A stretch of 63,880 nucleotides of DNA, counting the filler, from Octopus bimaculoides (Eukaryota), in NCBI RefSeq assembly GCF_001194135.2. It is 6 parts of 5 records of this genome, joined end to end, with 100 filler letters (N's around TTAATTAATTAA, not from the genome) between each part and the next. Parts side by side here need not be neighbours in the genome. Positions count along the whole stretch, not along the records: positions 7,857 to 29,932 come from NC_068982.1; positions 30,033 to 47,410 come from NC_069001.1; 4 more parts are not named here. One strand, 5' to 3'. The translations under genes and the position numbers were made by a program. Of the stretch, positions 25,140-38,882 are shown piece by piece (the stretch's first letter is position 1; each line of letters opens with the position of its first letter). The notes below the pieces were generated by a model. That model did no database searches and was not told the DNA's origin. It saw nothing but the letters and a program-made list of their open reading frames with translations.

Positions 25140-25800
25140 CATGTTTAGACCCATGATCTTTTCCTAAGTGATTCTGACAATATGCAGTCTTGCATTATTA
25201 TGTAGGAGCAACACCCCTTTACAATTGACCAATGATGATGCATTTCCTGCAGATTTTTGTGCAGTGCTTCCAACTGACTGCAATACTTCTCCGCATTACC
25301 TGTTCCATTTTGGTTTAATCCTTCATAATAGATAACAGCCCTCCGTAACCCACCGAGCACAGAACATAATACTTTTCAGGCGTAGTCCTGGTTTTGGGAT
25401 GGATTTTCTTTTCATTAAGTGCTAACCATTGTTGTTTCTGTTGGATATAACTAAGGAGAAGCTACTTTTGCAGTGATTTTAGCCAAGAAAGGCTCAGTAG
25501 TTTCAATGACAAACAGAGGACAACTCTTTGATTAAGCTGAGTCAGTCGATGAGGGACCTATTGATGAAGTTTAGACACTTCACCGGGTTTGTGAGGGTCT
25601 TTTATAATTGAAATGTGGCTTAAATTGAATAGTTTTGCTAATCCTTGTGCAGTTTGTTTTGGATCTTCCTCAACTCTGGCTTTTGGAAGCTCAATATTGA
25701 CAGAATTTGGTCGTTTAGATTGAGGGGAATCTGTAAGAGAAAAATTGAAAGCTGGCCTAAACATCCTTGACATGTTCACTCAATTAAAGTTTCATTTCCA
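25140..25800 (-). pseudogene. Decayed mariner transposase
   Basis: KARVEEDPKQTAQGLAKLFNLSH (HTH region) and VIYYEGLNQNGTGNAEKYCSQLEAL (DDD domain region), disrupted by frameshifts. Confidence 0.85.
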
Positions 25801-26307
25801 CTGACAGAGCAAATATTTCTTGCTGCTTCCATTGATGAAGAGCCCCCTTTTTGGATTCAAACAGCATGCAAGGTCTGATATAACTAGGTATAAAATCTCA
25901 AGAGGAGACAGAGTAGTAACGTATGCACTAAAGTGAGTAGCCACATCTAAGTGGCAGATGAATGTTACTACTAGTTTAACCCCAGGCGGATTCTCCACCA
26001 GCTGGTTTTCGGTGCAAGCTCTGCACTCTTTATATACAATACATCACTAGCCACTTAGATGTGGTGACTTGCTTCACTGCTTAGTATACGTTACTACTCT
26101 ATCTCTGGTAAGGTGAGGAGCTGCACCAGGTTCCAATCTGATTTGGCAAAATTTCTTTGACTGGATGCCCTTCCTAATGCCAACCACTCCAAGAGTGTAG
26201 TGGGTGCTTTTTATGTGCTACCAGCAAAGGTGCCAGTTATGAAACACTGGCATTGATCACAACTGTGGTCTCACTCGACTTGACAGGTCTTCTCAAGCAT
26301 AGTATAT

Positions 26308-26745
26308 TTATTTCTTCATTGCCCACAGGGGGCTAAACATAGAGGGGACAAACAAGGACAGACAAAGGGATTAAGCCGATAACATCCACCCCAGTGCATA
26401 ACTGATACTTCTTTAATCGACCCCGAAAGGATGAAAGGTAAAGTCGACCTCGGTGGAATTTGAACTCAGAACGTAAAGACAGATGAAACACCACTACGCA
26501 TTTTGCCCGGCGTGCAAACGTTTCTTATTTCTTTATTCCCCACAGGGGGCTAAACATAGAGGGGACAAACAAAGGGATTAAGTTGATTACATCGATCCTA
26601 GTACGTAACTGGTACTTATTTAATCGACCCTGAAAGGATGAAAGGCAAAGTCGACCTCGGCAGAATTTGAACTGAGAACGTAGCGGCAGACGAAATACCG
26701 CTAAGTATTTCGCTCGGCGTGCTAACATTTCTGCCAGCTCGACAC
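26308..26745 (-). mobile_element. Two head-to-tail near-identical tRNA-derived SINE copies
   Basis: 26308-26525 and 26526-26745 share cccacagggggctaaacatagaggggacaaacaa...gaactcagaacg. Confidence 0.85.
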
Positions 26746-27908
26746 ATGGTATAATTGTCAAAGGTTTTGTTCACTTGTCACTGCTTCCATGAGGCCCAAA
26801 GTTCAAAGGGTACTTTTTACATGCCACTGGCATGGGTACCAGTTACATCACACTGACATCGGCTGCGACTATGATTTCACTTGACTTGATGGGTCTTCTC
26901 AAGCACAGCATGTTCAGCTGTAAAAACCCCACCAAAGCAGACAGTGGAGCTGAGCACAGTCTTCTGGCTTGCCAGTTCCTGTTAAACTGTCCAAACCCTT
27001 CCAGCATGGTTAAGTGATGATGATGTGGCAGGAGAAAAAGATTTACAGAATCACATTCATTAACTTCCAGCTGTTTCAGTTACAAGGAATTGTGCACACT
27101 GACTTGGGTACCAGTGCAACATTATATAGCTTCATCAGTGCCTTAATTCATACTTCCTTGCTAGAGCTTAGAAATACTATGCATTATCAGTGTATTAAAT
27201 GTTAACGTCTGGTTATCGGTACTGCTATGGCAAAGCAAAGTTCCATATTTTAATGAGTATAAGGAACCCTTTTTTGTCAAAAATTAGGTTAAATATATAT
27301 GCGTGTTTCTTATACATGGTTAGTATTATAATCCCTTACAAAACCTTTTCCAAATTTTAAGCCCCAAAAATGAAGTGTTCCGTATAATTGTTAAAATACG
27401 GGTGTCTTAATTATATAAAGTCTCTCTCAGTTACCCTGTACTTTTTTTGTTGAATACACCAACATTATACATGTGTGTGTATGTGTACCTCTCAGTAGAT
27501 GTGTGTGTATGTACTTCCCTACATGAATCACCTCATATATTTAAGCCAGTTGTGGCTCAACTCACAGTTGATAACACCAATTAATATGTATGCAAGAGAT
27601 GAAAAGAAGTAAAAAAAAAAAAAAGATGCTGTTAAAATATGTTTACATTGAAGGTAATTTTTTTTATTTTATTTCCATAAATTCAGTAATTCATTCCATT
27701 AAATATTGATTTTTTCTTTTGGTGGAGGAAAATGTCTGTTCAATCAATGCCAGTAGTTACTAGTGAGAATAAAAGGCTAAGTCTGTCTTGGTTATGTGTA
27801 TTTTTAGTGCTTTTCAAGTAAAGCTTATTTTGGGATTATTTCATTCCCCTTCCCCTATAAATTTGAGGCTTTAGATCAAGCCAAAAATAAGTTGTTATTA
27901 TTATTATT

Positions 27909-28465
27909 GAGTGAGAGAGCAGTGCATACCATCAAAGTGACATTGGGGTAAAATATACAAAGCCCATTATACCCATCATGACTACCCGTCTGATAAGGGT
28001 ATACCAGGCAAATGCATCACAACCATATGTGCGCGAAATGGTGATCTCATATCAAGATAAACAGCGCATGACCTCAAAGGTGGGGCCCAGTTTAGAATTT
28101 TCTTCAGGTCGAGTAGCCCATCCTGCTCAAAAGGACCCTGAATGAGGTTTATTTAAGGATGTTGAGCAAAACCCCCGTGTTTCCAAAGGTAAATCATTCA
28201 AACCTCAAAGAATTCCTCTCAACACACGGCTATGATGCTTCCCCACTACTTCTGCTCATGATCAGAGATGCACATATCGTCAGCCACCAAGGGACATGCT
28301 CAACTGGTTATGATCAAACAACTGACAAGCAAATCTGTGGTATTAAGCAGAATATTTGCTGTAGCTCATCTTTTATACCAAGACAAAACAATGTACATGA
28401 TAACACTTCCAATCAATTAAGATGAGAAGCCATGAGAGCCACTGCCTGGTACTGCATCCAGGCAT
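27909..28465. mobile_element. Non-coding ~557-bp element inserted in a (TTA)n tract
   Basis: Complex sequence with (TTA)n on both flanks and no convincing ORF. Confidence 0.65.
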
Positions 28466-28806
28466 TTATTATTATTATTATTAGCATTAATTTCACAGGT
28501 GCAAAGCATTGCTGTGTGGTAAGAAGCTTGCTTCCTATCCATAATGGTTCTGGGTTCTGTCCTGCTGCATAGAACCTTGGGTATGTCTTCTACTCTAGCC
28601 TCAGGCTGACCACAGCCTTGTTGAGCAGATTTGGTAGACGGAAACTGAAAGAAACCCATTTGTGTGTGTGTGTTTTTCTCCCTCATTATGCCTGCAGTCA
28701 AAGGATGCAGTCCTTCCTTTCTTCCCACCAGCCTTGGAAGTACTATAAAGGACCTTAGATACTGCCCTTCCTTCAAAACTGCTGCCCTTAAGGCGAAATT
28801 TGAAAC

Positions 28807-28843
<37 letters not shown>

Positions 28844-28845
<2 letters not shown>

Positions 28846-29518
28846 GGCAGCGAGCTAGCAGAATCGTTAGCACACTGGTTGAAATGCTTAACAGTATTCC
28901 GCTCATCACTATGTTCTGAGTTCAAACTCCACTGAGGTCGACTTTACCTTTCATCCTTTCAGGGTCGATAAATTAAGTACCAGTCAAGTACTGGAGTCAA
29001 TGTAATTGACTATCCCCCTCCCCCAAATTTCAGGCCTTGTTCCTTTTATAGAAAGAATTATTATTATTATTATTATTATTATTATAATTAAGGCTGGCCT
29101 AATAGTTAGTACGCCTGGCGAAATGCTTAGCAGTATTTCGTTTGCCATTACGTTCTGAGTTCAAATTCTACCGAGGTCGACTTTGCCTTTCATCCTTTCG
29201 GGGTCGATAAATTAAGTACCAGTTACATACTGGGGTCGATGTAATCGGCTTAAACCCTTTGTCTGTCCTTGTTTGTCCCCTTTATATTTAGCCCCTTATG
29301 GGCAATAAATAAATAAGAAAGAATTATTATTATTAAGGTGGCAAGCTAGCCAAATCATTAGCATGCCAGGCAAAATGCTAAGCAGCATTTCATCTGCCTT
29401 TATGTTCTAAGTTCAAATGCCACCTGCCTTTAATCCTTTCGAGCTCAATAAAATAAGTACCAGTTGATCACTGGGGATTGATGTCATTGACTTACCCTGT
29501 GTCTTTAATAAAAAGGAC
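28844..29518 (+). mobile_element. Three tandem tRNA-derived SINEs separated by (TTA)n
   Basis: Each has ggc(g)agctag...gagttcaaa...gtcgactttgcctttcatcctttcggggtcgataaattaagtacc; copies at about 28844-29060, 29090-29320 and 29337-29518. Confidence 0.85.
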
Positions 29519-29932
29519 TATTATTATTTTTTATTCTTCTTTCTTCGAATTCTCTTCCATTTCTCACCGAGTGTTTTCCGTACACCTAGGGCAGAGAAGC
29601 TCATTGAATGCATTCTCAGTTTACACATGCAAATTCACAGGTAAAACATGTATTTAAGAAAAAAAAAAAAAAATCATGAATGGATATTGTTTTCACAGCG
29701 ATAATGCTCTTTTCAGTACATGAGTCGTTCCAGTTAGCACGATTTTTTGCACTTCCTGTAGGGATGGTAGGCCTGCTATCATTTTCAAATAGGTTTCAGT
29801 ACCTATTTTTATCATTCCTAGAGATCCTACAATCACTGGTACGGTAGTCGCCTTGAGGTGCCACATTTTTTCAATTTCTATTAGCAAGTCTTTATATTTA
29901 CTGATCTTGTCAAATTCTTTCACTGCTATATT
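29519..29932 (-). mobile_element. R4/Dong-clade RLE C-terminal fragment
   Basis: KEFDKISKYKDLLIEIEKMWHLKATTVPVIVGSLG...QKIVLTGTTHVLKRALSL*; cut by a gap. Confidence 0.85.
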
Positions 29933-30048
29933 NNNNNNNNNNNNNNNNNNNNNNNNNNNNNNNNNNNNNNNNNNNNTTAATTAATTAANNNNNNNNNNNN
30001 NNNNNNNNNNNNNNNNNNNNNNNNNNNNNNNNATATATATATATATAT

Positions 30049-30079
<31 letters not shown>

Positions 30080-31442
30080 CATACATACATATATATATAT
30101 ATATACATACATACATGCATACACACACATTTTTACACATATATATGTATATGTGTACTGGGTTCAATTGGGTCAAATAAAACCTTCACTGTAGTGCCCC
30201 ATAAATGCCGCAGGGCATATATATATATATATATATATACATACATGCGTACATAAACACATATATATATAAATGTATGTATAGATAGATACATACATAC
30301 ATGTGTTTCACTATGGGCTTTTCCTTGTTTCCATGTTGCAAATCCACTTGCAAAGCCTTCGTTAGTTTTAGGCTATAGTAAAAGATATCTTCTCCACTTG
30401 CCACATAACGGAACTGCACTCGCTGCTTAGTAAGGTCTCACCGTAATGAAAGCTCGGATCACGGGATTCATTGTCGCGAATGACAACCATTTCGCCTTAC
30501 CATGCTTGTTTATTTTAAATGTTTGTGTTAAAAGATACAAGAAGATTTTAGTAGACGCTCGATATACATTTCGTATACCTACTTTCCCAATATCAATGAT
30601 ATTATCACTGTCAAACCACGCCAGGTGTCCACTCCCATTTGCAACTGTCGAGACCACGAGGCTTGCTTTCTTGATTGAGCATGATAAACTCAGTTGTTTA
30701 TGCAGTAGAAGACACATCAGTGCTCACATATAAGGCAATCGATAAGAAAAATGACGTCGGTTTATGCGAAGGAAATTTTTAAAAGCCGACACATTGATGT
30801 AAATAAAGTCATCAAATTGAATAGCCATGTACAGGATTTGAAGATCAACTGTGCACCGCATGCAATGAAGTGGAGAAGCGTGGAAAAATCTACGCCATAT
30901 ATAAATGGAACAAAAGGATGAAAGTAATACCTAGCACAAAGATGGCACAGTCTTTTTATATCCAAGAACTCCACCATACTATTTAATTCGAAATCTAAAA
31001 TGTTTAGCAAATGCAAACACACGGGAATATTTCTTTTGTCGAACTGGAGGACACCACCCTTTCCGGTTTCAGCAGCTATCTCACAGACTTTGGCTATGCC
31101 TCCGTTACATTATTCTACATCAACGGGATTAATTATGATTTCCACAAAGGAAACGGAGATCTTGTTTTCTGTTCTTCCTTCTCATTCCGCTTTTTGCATC
31201 AACCTTCTCATTCTTATTCACGATTTCTTGTAGACCGACGTCTGGATTTCCAAGTACTGAATCTGATAGTTTGTTTGGCGACACAGACCACGTTACATAC
31301 ATCTACCAAATTATCATAGTTCTACGGGAAATACACTACTAGTGGTTCTGTACATATTAAATTATACATATGTATGTGTGTGCGTGTGCATATATATATA
31401 TATATGTATATATATATGTTTATATATATAGGGAGAGAGATG

Positions 31443-31481
<39 letters not shown>

Positions 31482-32774
31482 ATATATATATTTACTTACA
31501 TATATAAGATGTATACATAGATATGTATATATAGTTCTATATTTATATCCACGCACACTCACACATACACACAAATACATAGATACTACTGAGTCTCGCA
31601 GTACGCTTGTATGCACGTACGCATATAGAGATACACACCCCACACATATATATACTCATATATGCTCTAGGTATATATTTATACGATTATATTAATATAC
31701 AGGTGTACGTATTTGTATGTGTGTATATATCATATATATGCAAAGGGATATGTAAATAGATATACATATATAGATATATTCGTATATATGTATGCGTGTG
31801 CATATATATAAATATTTGTACATACATATATTTATCATCATTTATTTGTGTGCTGTATATAAGATTCATGTACACAAAACTCCATACGGAAATACGTTAA
31901 TCTATTCGTTCATTTATACATTCATACGGTCATACATATATACATCCATACAAACTTACACTTATACATATAAAATCCATATGTATTTCTGTAATGTAGT
32001 TGATAGGTCTTAATTGGGTGTAATTCCTATGGGAAATCATGGCTTCTTTACATATAACTGCTTTCGTTTTCCAATTCACTTGACATGACATTTTGGCAGC
32101 AAATTTCTCCGATATAATAATAAGCAATCACTATCATTAACTGAATTTATTTTCACTTTTATTTTCTATAAAATATCTAAAGTATGGAACACAACTTTAC
32201 ACATATATACAAGAAGGAAAATTTTAAAATTTAAATTTTGACTGAAAATTATGTTGACTCAGGTGTTATCTGGTTATAAGAATAATTTCGGTCATATATG
32301 ACGCCATTTATTAAACGTCATAAAATGCAAGGTAAGCTATGTTGGATGGTTGACAAGGTTTCTCGTACCATGATTATTAAAACCATTATTTGTGGCTATT
32401 GCTTTGATCTGTACCTCAGTAGAGCATCGATCTAAATATTTGCCCTGTATATTCAAGTGTTATTGTATGACTAAAACGTATTATTTATAGAAGATTTGGC
32501 TGCAGGTGATTGTAGACAGTCCTTGGTTTTACAATGCAACATAGATCTGGAGAAATACTTCTAGCGAGTGATATTCCATGCCTCGGATTGTGTATATGTA
32601 TATCGCGGCATGTAATTCAGTTGTTACATATCTACGCAATGTCTGCAGTGTGATGAATGGATTAGGGCAATAGATAAAAAGCAAAAACAAAACGACTCGT
32701 TACGACGAGACCAATTACTTGAAAATATTTGGCAAGAGAACAGATGTGCATCGGTGCTGATATTATATGACACA

Positions 32775-32775
32775 G

Positions 32776-32806
<31 letters not shown>

Positions 32807-32978
32807 TTGTCTGTCTGTCTGTCTGTCTATATATATATATTTATATAAAACTATCTATCTCCTTGCTACCTACCTACCTACGTACCTACCTACTTACCTA
32901 CCTACCTGCTTACCTACCTACCTGCTTACCTACCTACCTTATGTCTCTCTGTTTCTCTGCCTACCCACCTATCAATCA

Positions 32979-33024
<46 letters not shown>

Positions 33025-33025
33025 T
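32775..33025. repeat. Compound (TATC)n/(TGTC)n/(TACC)n microsatellite
   Basis: Direct read. Confidence 0.95.
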
Positions 33026-33477
33026 TATTTATTAAACCTTCTATATATCTGTCTACCTAGCTGTGGAATTCATTTATCCCGCTGTCTATTCATCTACTTA
33101 CCATTTATACTTTTATTCCTACTTTTCTACATACTTCCAAATATTAAGAAAAAAAAACAAAAAGGGAAATGTTAAAACTTCCAAACTTTTAAGACGTTTA
33201 TATGCACGAATCTTGAAAGCTTTTGTTTCCGTGACCTTTTAAACAAACCTATATCCACCAGCCTATTACACAAAATTACAAATTTAACCTCCTTGTAAAT
33301 TACTACCTCTAATGTACTCTATATTGTATTACTTTATTTTATAGTTTTATTCTACTTCTTTTCATCCTCCACCCCACCTCTCTTACTAACGGGGTTACTT
33401 TGTTATCTTATTAAATTATTTATATTTATATATAAAAAGGACTTTGTATTACTTATTCCACTGTGTGTGTATGTATG

Positions 33478-33526
<49 letters not shown>

Positions 33527-33936
33527 ATAGTAGAATAACAGATAGCGAGACTAATGTATCTATCTTTCTATTATCTATCGTTCTATNNNNNNNNNNNNNN
33601 NNNNNNNNNNNNNNNNNNNNNNNNNNNNNNNNNNNNNNNNNNNNNNNNNNNNNNNNNNNNNNNNNNNNNNNNNNNNNNNNNNNNNNNNNNNNNNNNNNNN
33701 NNNNNNNNNNNNNNNNNNNNNNNNNNNNNNNNNNNNNNNNNNNNNNNNNNNNNNNNNNNNNNNNNNNNNNNNNNNNNNNNNNNNNNNNNNNNNNNNNNNN
33801 NNNNNNNNNNNNNNNNNNNNNNNNNNNNNNNNNNNNNNNNNNNNNNNNNNNNNNNNNNNNNNNNNNNNNNNNNNNNNNNNNNNNNNNNNNNNNNNNNNNN
33901 NNNNNNNNNNNNNNNNNNNNNNNNNNNNNNNNNNNN

Positions 33937-33976
<40 letters not shown>

Positions 33977-35890
33977 CATTTGATTGAACGCCATGCATCC
34001 ATTTCCAATTAAGTTTATCTTAAACTTTTTGGTGCGACTCTGCTCTAGACTGTGTTCTTTCTCATCCTTTTCTCTAATTACCTTTTTCTATGCTTTACCG
34101 TTTTCTGTCTGTCTCTCTCTTCCATTCTTTCTCCCTTTCTCTTTCTCGTTGTTCACGCGTGACCATTGTGCATCTTTCTTTACCCCAAATGATCATCTGT
34201 CTTTTCTTTCAGGACTTTCCTAAGGACTGGATATATCCTATCTCTCCCAGTTATCTTTTCTCCCGTGAAAGAAAATATTTCTCCAGCGTTCGCTATTTTT
34301 CCCTCGTCCTGGTCTAACAACACCACATGTTTGTTTTCGTTCGGTTGCCTTGCATGTCTCCACTGTCCTGTTTTTGTTCCCAACTTTGACCCTCCATTAA
34401 TCCCAAATTTTATTTTAGTTCTTATGGGGGCAACTGTCTTCGAAGACTCATACTATCGTTCAATGCTCGAGGTGAGGAGTGCAAAGACGGCCGCCCACTG
34501 AGAAAGGTTTTTTTTGTGTTACTTGTCCTGTTTTCCATTTGTTTCTCTCGCTGTTTGCGTATTGAATTCACTTGCTTTCGTATTTCATGTTCTTTACTGT
34601 TGGTGACGTCTTCTACCTANNNNNNNNNNNNNNNNNNNNNNNNNNNNNNNNNNNNNNNNNNNNNNNNNNNNNNNNNNNNNNNNNNNNNNNNNNNNNNNNN
34701 NNNNNNNNNNNNNNNNNNNNNNNNNNNNNNNNNNNNNNNNNNNNNNNNNNNNNNNNNNNNNNNNNNNNNNNNNNNNNNNNNNNNNNNNNNNNNNNNNNNN
34801 NNNNNNNNNNNNNNNNNNNNNNNNNNNNNNNNNNNNNNNNNNNNNNNNNNNNNNNNNNNNNNNNNNNNNNNNNNNNNNNNNNNNNNNNNNNNNNNNNNNN
34901 NNNNNNNNNNNNNNNNNNNNNNNNNNNNNNNNNNNNNNNNNNNNNNNNNNNNNNNNNNNNNNNNNNNNNNNNNNNNNNNNNNNNNNNNNNNNNNNNNNNN
35001 NNNNNNNNNNNNNNNNNNNNNNNNNNNNNNNNNNNNNNNNNNNNNNNNNNNNNNNNNNNNNNNNNNNNNNNNNNNNNNNNNNNNNNNNNNNNNNNNNNNN
35101 NNNNNNNNNNNNNNNNNNNNNNNNNNNNNNNNNNNNNNNNNNNNNNNNNNNNNNNNNNNNNNNNNNNNNNNNNNNNNNNNNNNNNNNNNNNNNNNNNNNN
35201 NNNNNNNNNNNNNNNNNNNNNNNNNNNNNNNNNNNNNNNNNNNNNNNNNNNNNNNNNNNNNNNNNNNNNNNNNNNNNNNNNNNNNNNNNNNNNNNNNNNN
35301 NNNNNNNNNNNNNNNNNNNNNNNNNNNNNNNNNNNNNNNNNNNNNNNNNNNNNNNNNNNNNNNNNNNNNNNNNNNNNNNNNNNNNNNNNNNNNNNNNNNN
35401 NNNNNNNNNNNNNNNNNNNNNNNNNNNNNNNNNNNNNNNNNNNNNNNNNNNNNNNNNNNNNNNNNNNNNNNNNNNNNNNNNNNNNNNNNNNNNNNNNNNN
35501 NNNNNNNNNNNNNNNNNNNNNNNNNNNNNNNNNNNNNNNNNNNNNNNNNNNNNNNNNNNNNNNNNNNNNNNNNNNNNNTGCCCCCCCCCACACACACACC
35601 CAGACACACACACACATACACACACAAACATATATATATATATATATAGTAGAAAAAGAAATAGAAAGTCCTTACTATAGTATTTTATATTTGAAGAAAT
35701 GAATTGAAATGTCTTTTCTGATAATTTTTTTTCACTTTAATAATTAGATGTTTATAAATTATTTTGTAAATCACTAATAATTTATAAATATTTAATTGCT
35801 AGGGTGGAAAACAGTTATCCCAAAAACCATTTCTATTTAATTTTCGAAATATGTATATATATACATACATACATACACACACAGACACAG

Positions 35891-35928
<38 letters not shown>

Positions 35929-36034
35929 TCCCATATACACACATACATATATATATACACACACATACATATATATATATACATACATATATATATATAT
36001 ATACACATATACATGTAGATATGTATATACACAT

Positions 36035-36124
<90 letters not shown>

Positions 36125-36700
36125 CATTGCTCGTGTTGTTGTCAACTGGTAGATATAGTCAGTCGTGATTTACTATGACTTTGACAGAATTTGACCATAT
36201 GAAATGTGGCATATAATCTAATATTCTTCTTGCTATACGGTAATATGCAGATATATGAAATGTGATTTGAAAAGGCTCTTATAAACACCCATGGAAGTTC
36301 TAAGCAAATATACATTATCTAATATTTATTTTATATTAATATTTTTGGGGTTTGGCAAAAATGATTGGCAAATAATAGATCCATTGTCAGAGTGTTGAAC
36401 AACTCGGATGGAAATTCTGTCCACCTTCTTGTGGAATTGAGACAGGAATGCAGCCTTCATAAACAAAAGTTCTTTTGTAGTTTACGTATTATTTATGAAG
36501 CATCTACTCTGGAAATGCATTTTATTAAACGTAGCACTTAATAAAAGTATATATTTTCCCACGTTTAAAGTTAATATGGGAATGCTTTCAGATCATCTGC
36601 AATATGCGCAATGGAGTTCTTCAAAAAATCTTTATACTTTAATCTCCTTGCTGCATATTCCAGAAAGTGTTTACTCAAGATTCTTTATTTTAGTAATCTT

Positions 36701-36948
36701 AGAGCTTGACAGGCATCTTCAGCCAGCTGGTCGTGCTACTTCAAGCTGATGACCAGTAAGGACTCAGAAACATGTCCCTGAATGCAGGATAGGCTGGGTG
36801 GAGGTGCTTGTCTCCCCCTCATAAGCATAAGGACACAGGAAATGTGTCAAGGCCGACAGAAAGCGGTCCAGCTTCCTAGGGATAAATAGCAGCAGTATGA
36901 TTCCCTTATTGGGAATGTCACGTGAAGTTGACAGTATGCAACTGCTTT
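36701..36948 (+). mobile_element. Second, partial copy of the 14400-14961 element
   Basis: Collinear similarity to 14730-14961 (agagcttgac...ctgatga...gtgcttgtctcccc...ggacacaggaa...gttgacag). Confidence 0.75.
36739..36782 (+). ncRNA. Degenerate minimal hammerhead ribozyme, same family as 14770
   Basis: CTTCAAG-CTGATGA-CCAGTAAGGACTCA-GAAA-CATG-TC-CCTGAA. Confidence 0.65.
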
Positions 36949-38528
36949 ATATATATATATATATATATATNNNNNNNNNNNNNNNNNNNNNNNNNNNNNN
37001 NNNNNNNNNNNNNNNNNNNNNNNNNNNNNNNNNNNNNNNNNNNNNNNNNNNNNNNNNNNNNNNNNNNNNNNNNNNNNNNNNNNNNNNNNNNNNNNNNNNN
37101 NNNNNNNNNNNNNNNNNNNNNNNNNNNNNNNNNNNNNNNNNNNNNNNNNNNNNNNNNNNNNNNNNNNNNNNNNNNNNNNNNNNNNNNNNNNNNNNNNNNN
37201 NNNNNNNNNNNNNNNNNNNNNNNNNNNNNNNNNNNNNNNNNNNNNNNNNNNNNNNNNNNNNNNNNNNNNNNNNNNNNNNNNNNNNNNNNNNNNNNNNNNN
37301 NNNNNNNNNNNNNNNNNNNNNNNNNNNNNNNNNNNNNNNNNNNNNNNNNNNNNNNNNNNNNNNNNNNNNNNNNNNNNNNNNNNNNNNNNNNNNNNNNNNN
37401 NNNNNNNNNNNNNNNNNNNNNNNNNNNNNNNNNNNNNNNNNNNNNNNNNNNNNNNNNNNNNNNNNNNNNNNNNNNNNNNNNNNNNNNNNNNNNNNNNNNN
37501 NNNNNNNNNNNNNNNNNNNNNNNNNNNNNNNNNNNNNNNNNNNNNNNNNNNNNNNNNNNNNNNNNNNNNNNNNNNNNNNNNNNNNNNNNNNNNNNNNNNN
37601 NNNNNNNNNNNNNNNNNNNNNNNNNNNNNNNNNNNNNNNTATATATATATTACGATTGTGCATGCTAAATTCTAATTTGTACTAACCTGCGTAGTTCTAG
37701 CATGATAAAATACATACTGCTTAAAGTGGAATAGCTGCAGGATGCAATAGAATTGTCAATAATACAAATGTGCGTTTTAGAAATAATTTCCATTTGAATC
37801 TATGAATATTTATTAAGTTCACTGCTAACATTAAAAGAACAAAATAGAATTAAAGGAAAACTTTAATTTTGATTTTTGATTCTATATTTATTTACGTGCA
37901 TTGAATAAATAATATTCCTTTTTAGCCGTCAGTGTTGATGATGATGTATTTTTCATTGGTATCTTACATATAGCGTACAGACTTTTGATATTTTGATCAA
38001 AGAGTATAATTACTTCATGTTGTGAAAATGGAGTGTCTTTTCACTGTATTTTGGTAATTATGTAACATTGGTATAGAATATACAACTTTATTTGGTTATG
38101 AAGTAACATTATTCAGTACGTTAATGGTACAATAGCTGTGAAAGTTTGATGATAGAGTATGATTAGTTAATATTTTGACTACGGAGTATCCAGGGTCTGG
38201 ATGATAATGATATGTTGGAGGTGTAGACGCAATATCTATCTGAAAATAACGCGGAAAACTCCCAGAATCGTTAGTGCGCTAGGCAAAAGCTTAGCGGCAT
38301 TTTGTCCGTCCTTGCCTTCAGAGTTCAAAATACGCTAAGGTCGACTTTGTCTTTCATCCTTCCGGGATGAAATAAATTATCAGTTGAGTACTGGGGTTGA
38401 TGCAACCGACTTCCGCTCGTCGAAATTGCTAATCTTGTGCCAAAGTTTGAAACTAATATGACAATAAGGCTCATTATTTCAGTGTTTATATATATATATA
38501 AATATATATATATAAATATATATATATA

Positions 38529-38579
<51 letters not shown>

Positions 38580-38790
38580 TAAAATTTATTTATCTATATA
38601 TATATATCAACTTAGTTGAAAAACTTCGATAAGGTAAATATGTTAATAGTTACCAGGGTAGCAAAATTTACAAAGAAGTTGGGATATTATACCTGGTTAA
38701 GAAGTAGAAATTCCATGTTAAAGTGATGTATTTTGAGTTGATATGATAAAGAATAAATGGAGTAAAATGCATATAATAAGTAAGTTCCTT

Positions 38791-38882
38791 TAATTCCGAC
38801 ACATGTTTCGAAAATTACATGCACTCTATTCCAAAGGAATAAAAGATGTTATTATACATGTAATTTTCTCTTCAGGAAACCA
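38791..38882 (-). ncRNA. Type I hammerhead ribozyme with long helix II, intact core
   Basis: Minus strand: TGGTTTC-CTGAAGA(38875-38869)-GAAAATTACATGTA...TGCATGTAATTTTC (14 bp, one G.U)-GAAA-CATGTG-TC-GGAATTA; GUC site after 38798. Confidence 0.8.

Noticed and set aside
28090-28125. Minus-strand CTGAAGA in the TTA-flanked element
   Set aside because: No downstream helix II or GAAA.
34000-34600. Possible L1/Tx1 ORF1-like remnants here and at 54100-54700
   Set aside because: Lys-rich frames without a diagnostic motif; cannot be assigned by eye.
33453-37685. Long ORFs in the ORF track (for example 34516-35649, 36897-37685)
   Set aside because: They are made of N gaps and (TA)n/(CA)n runs.
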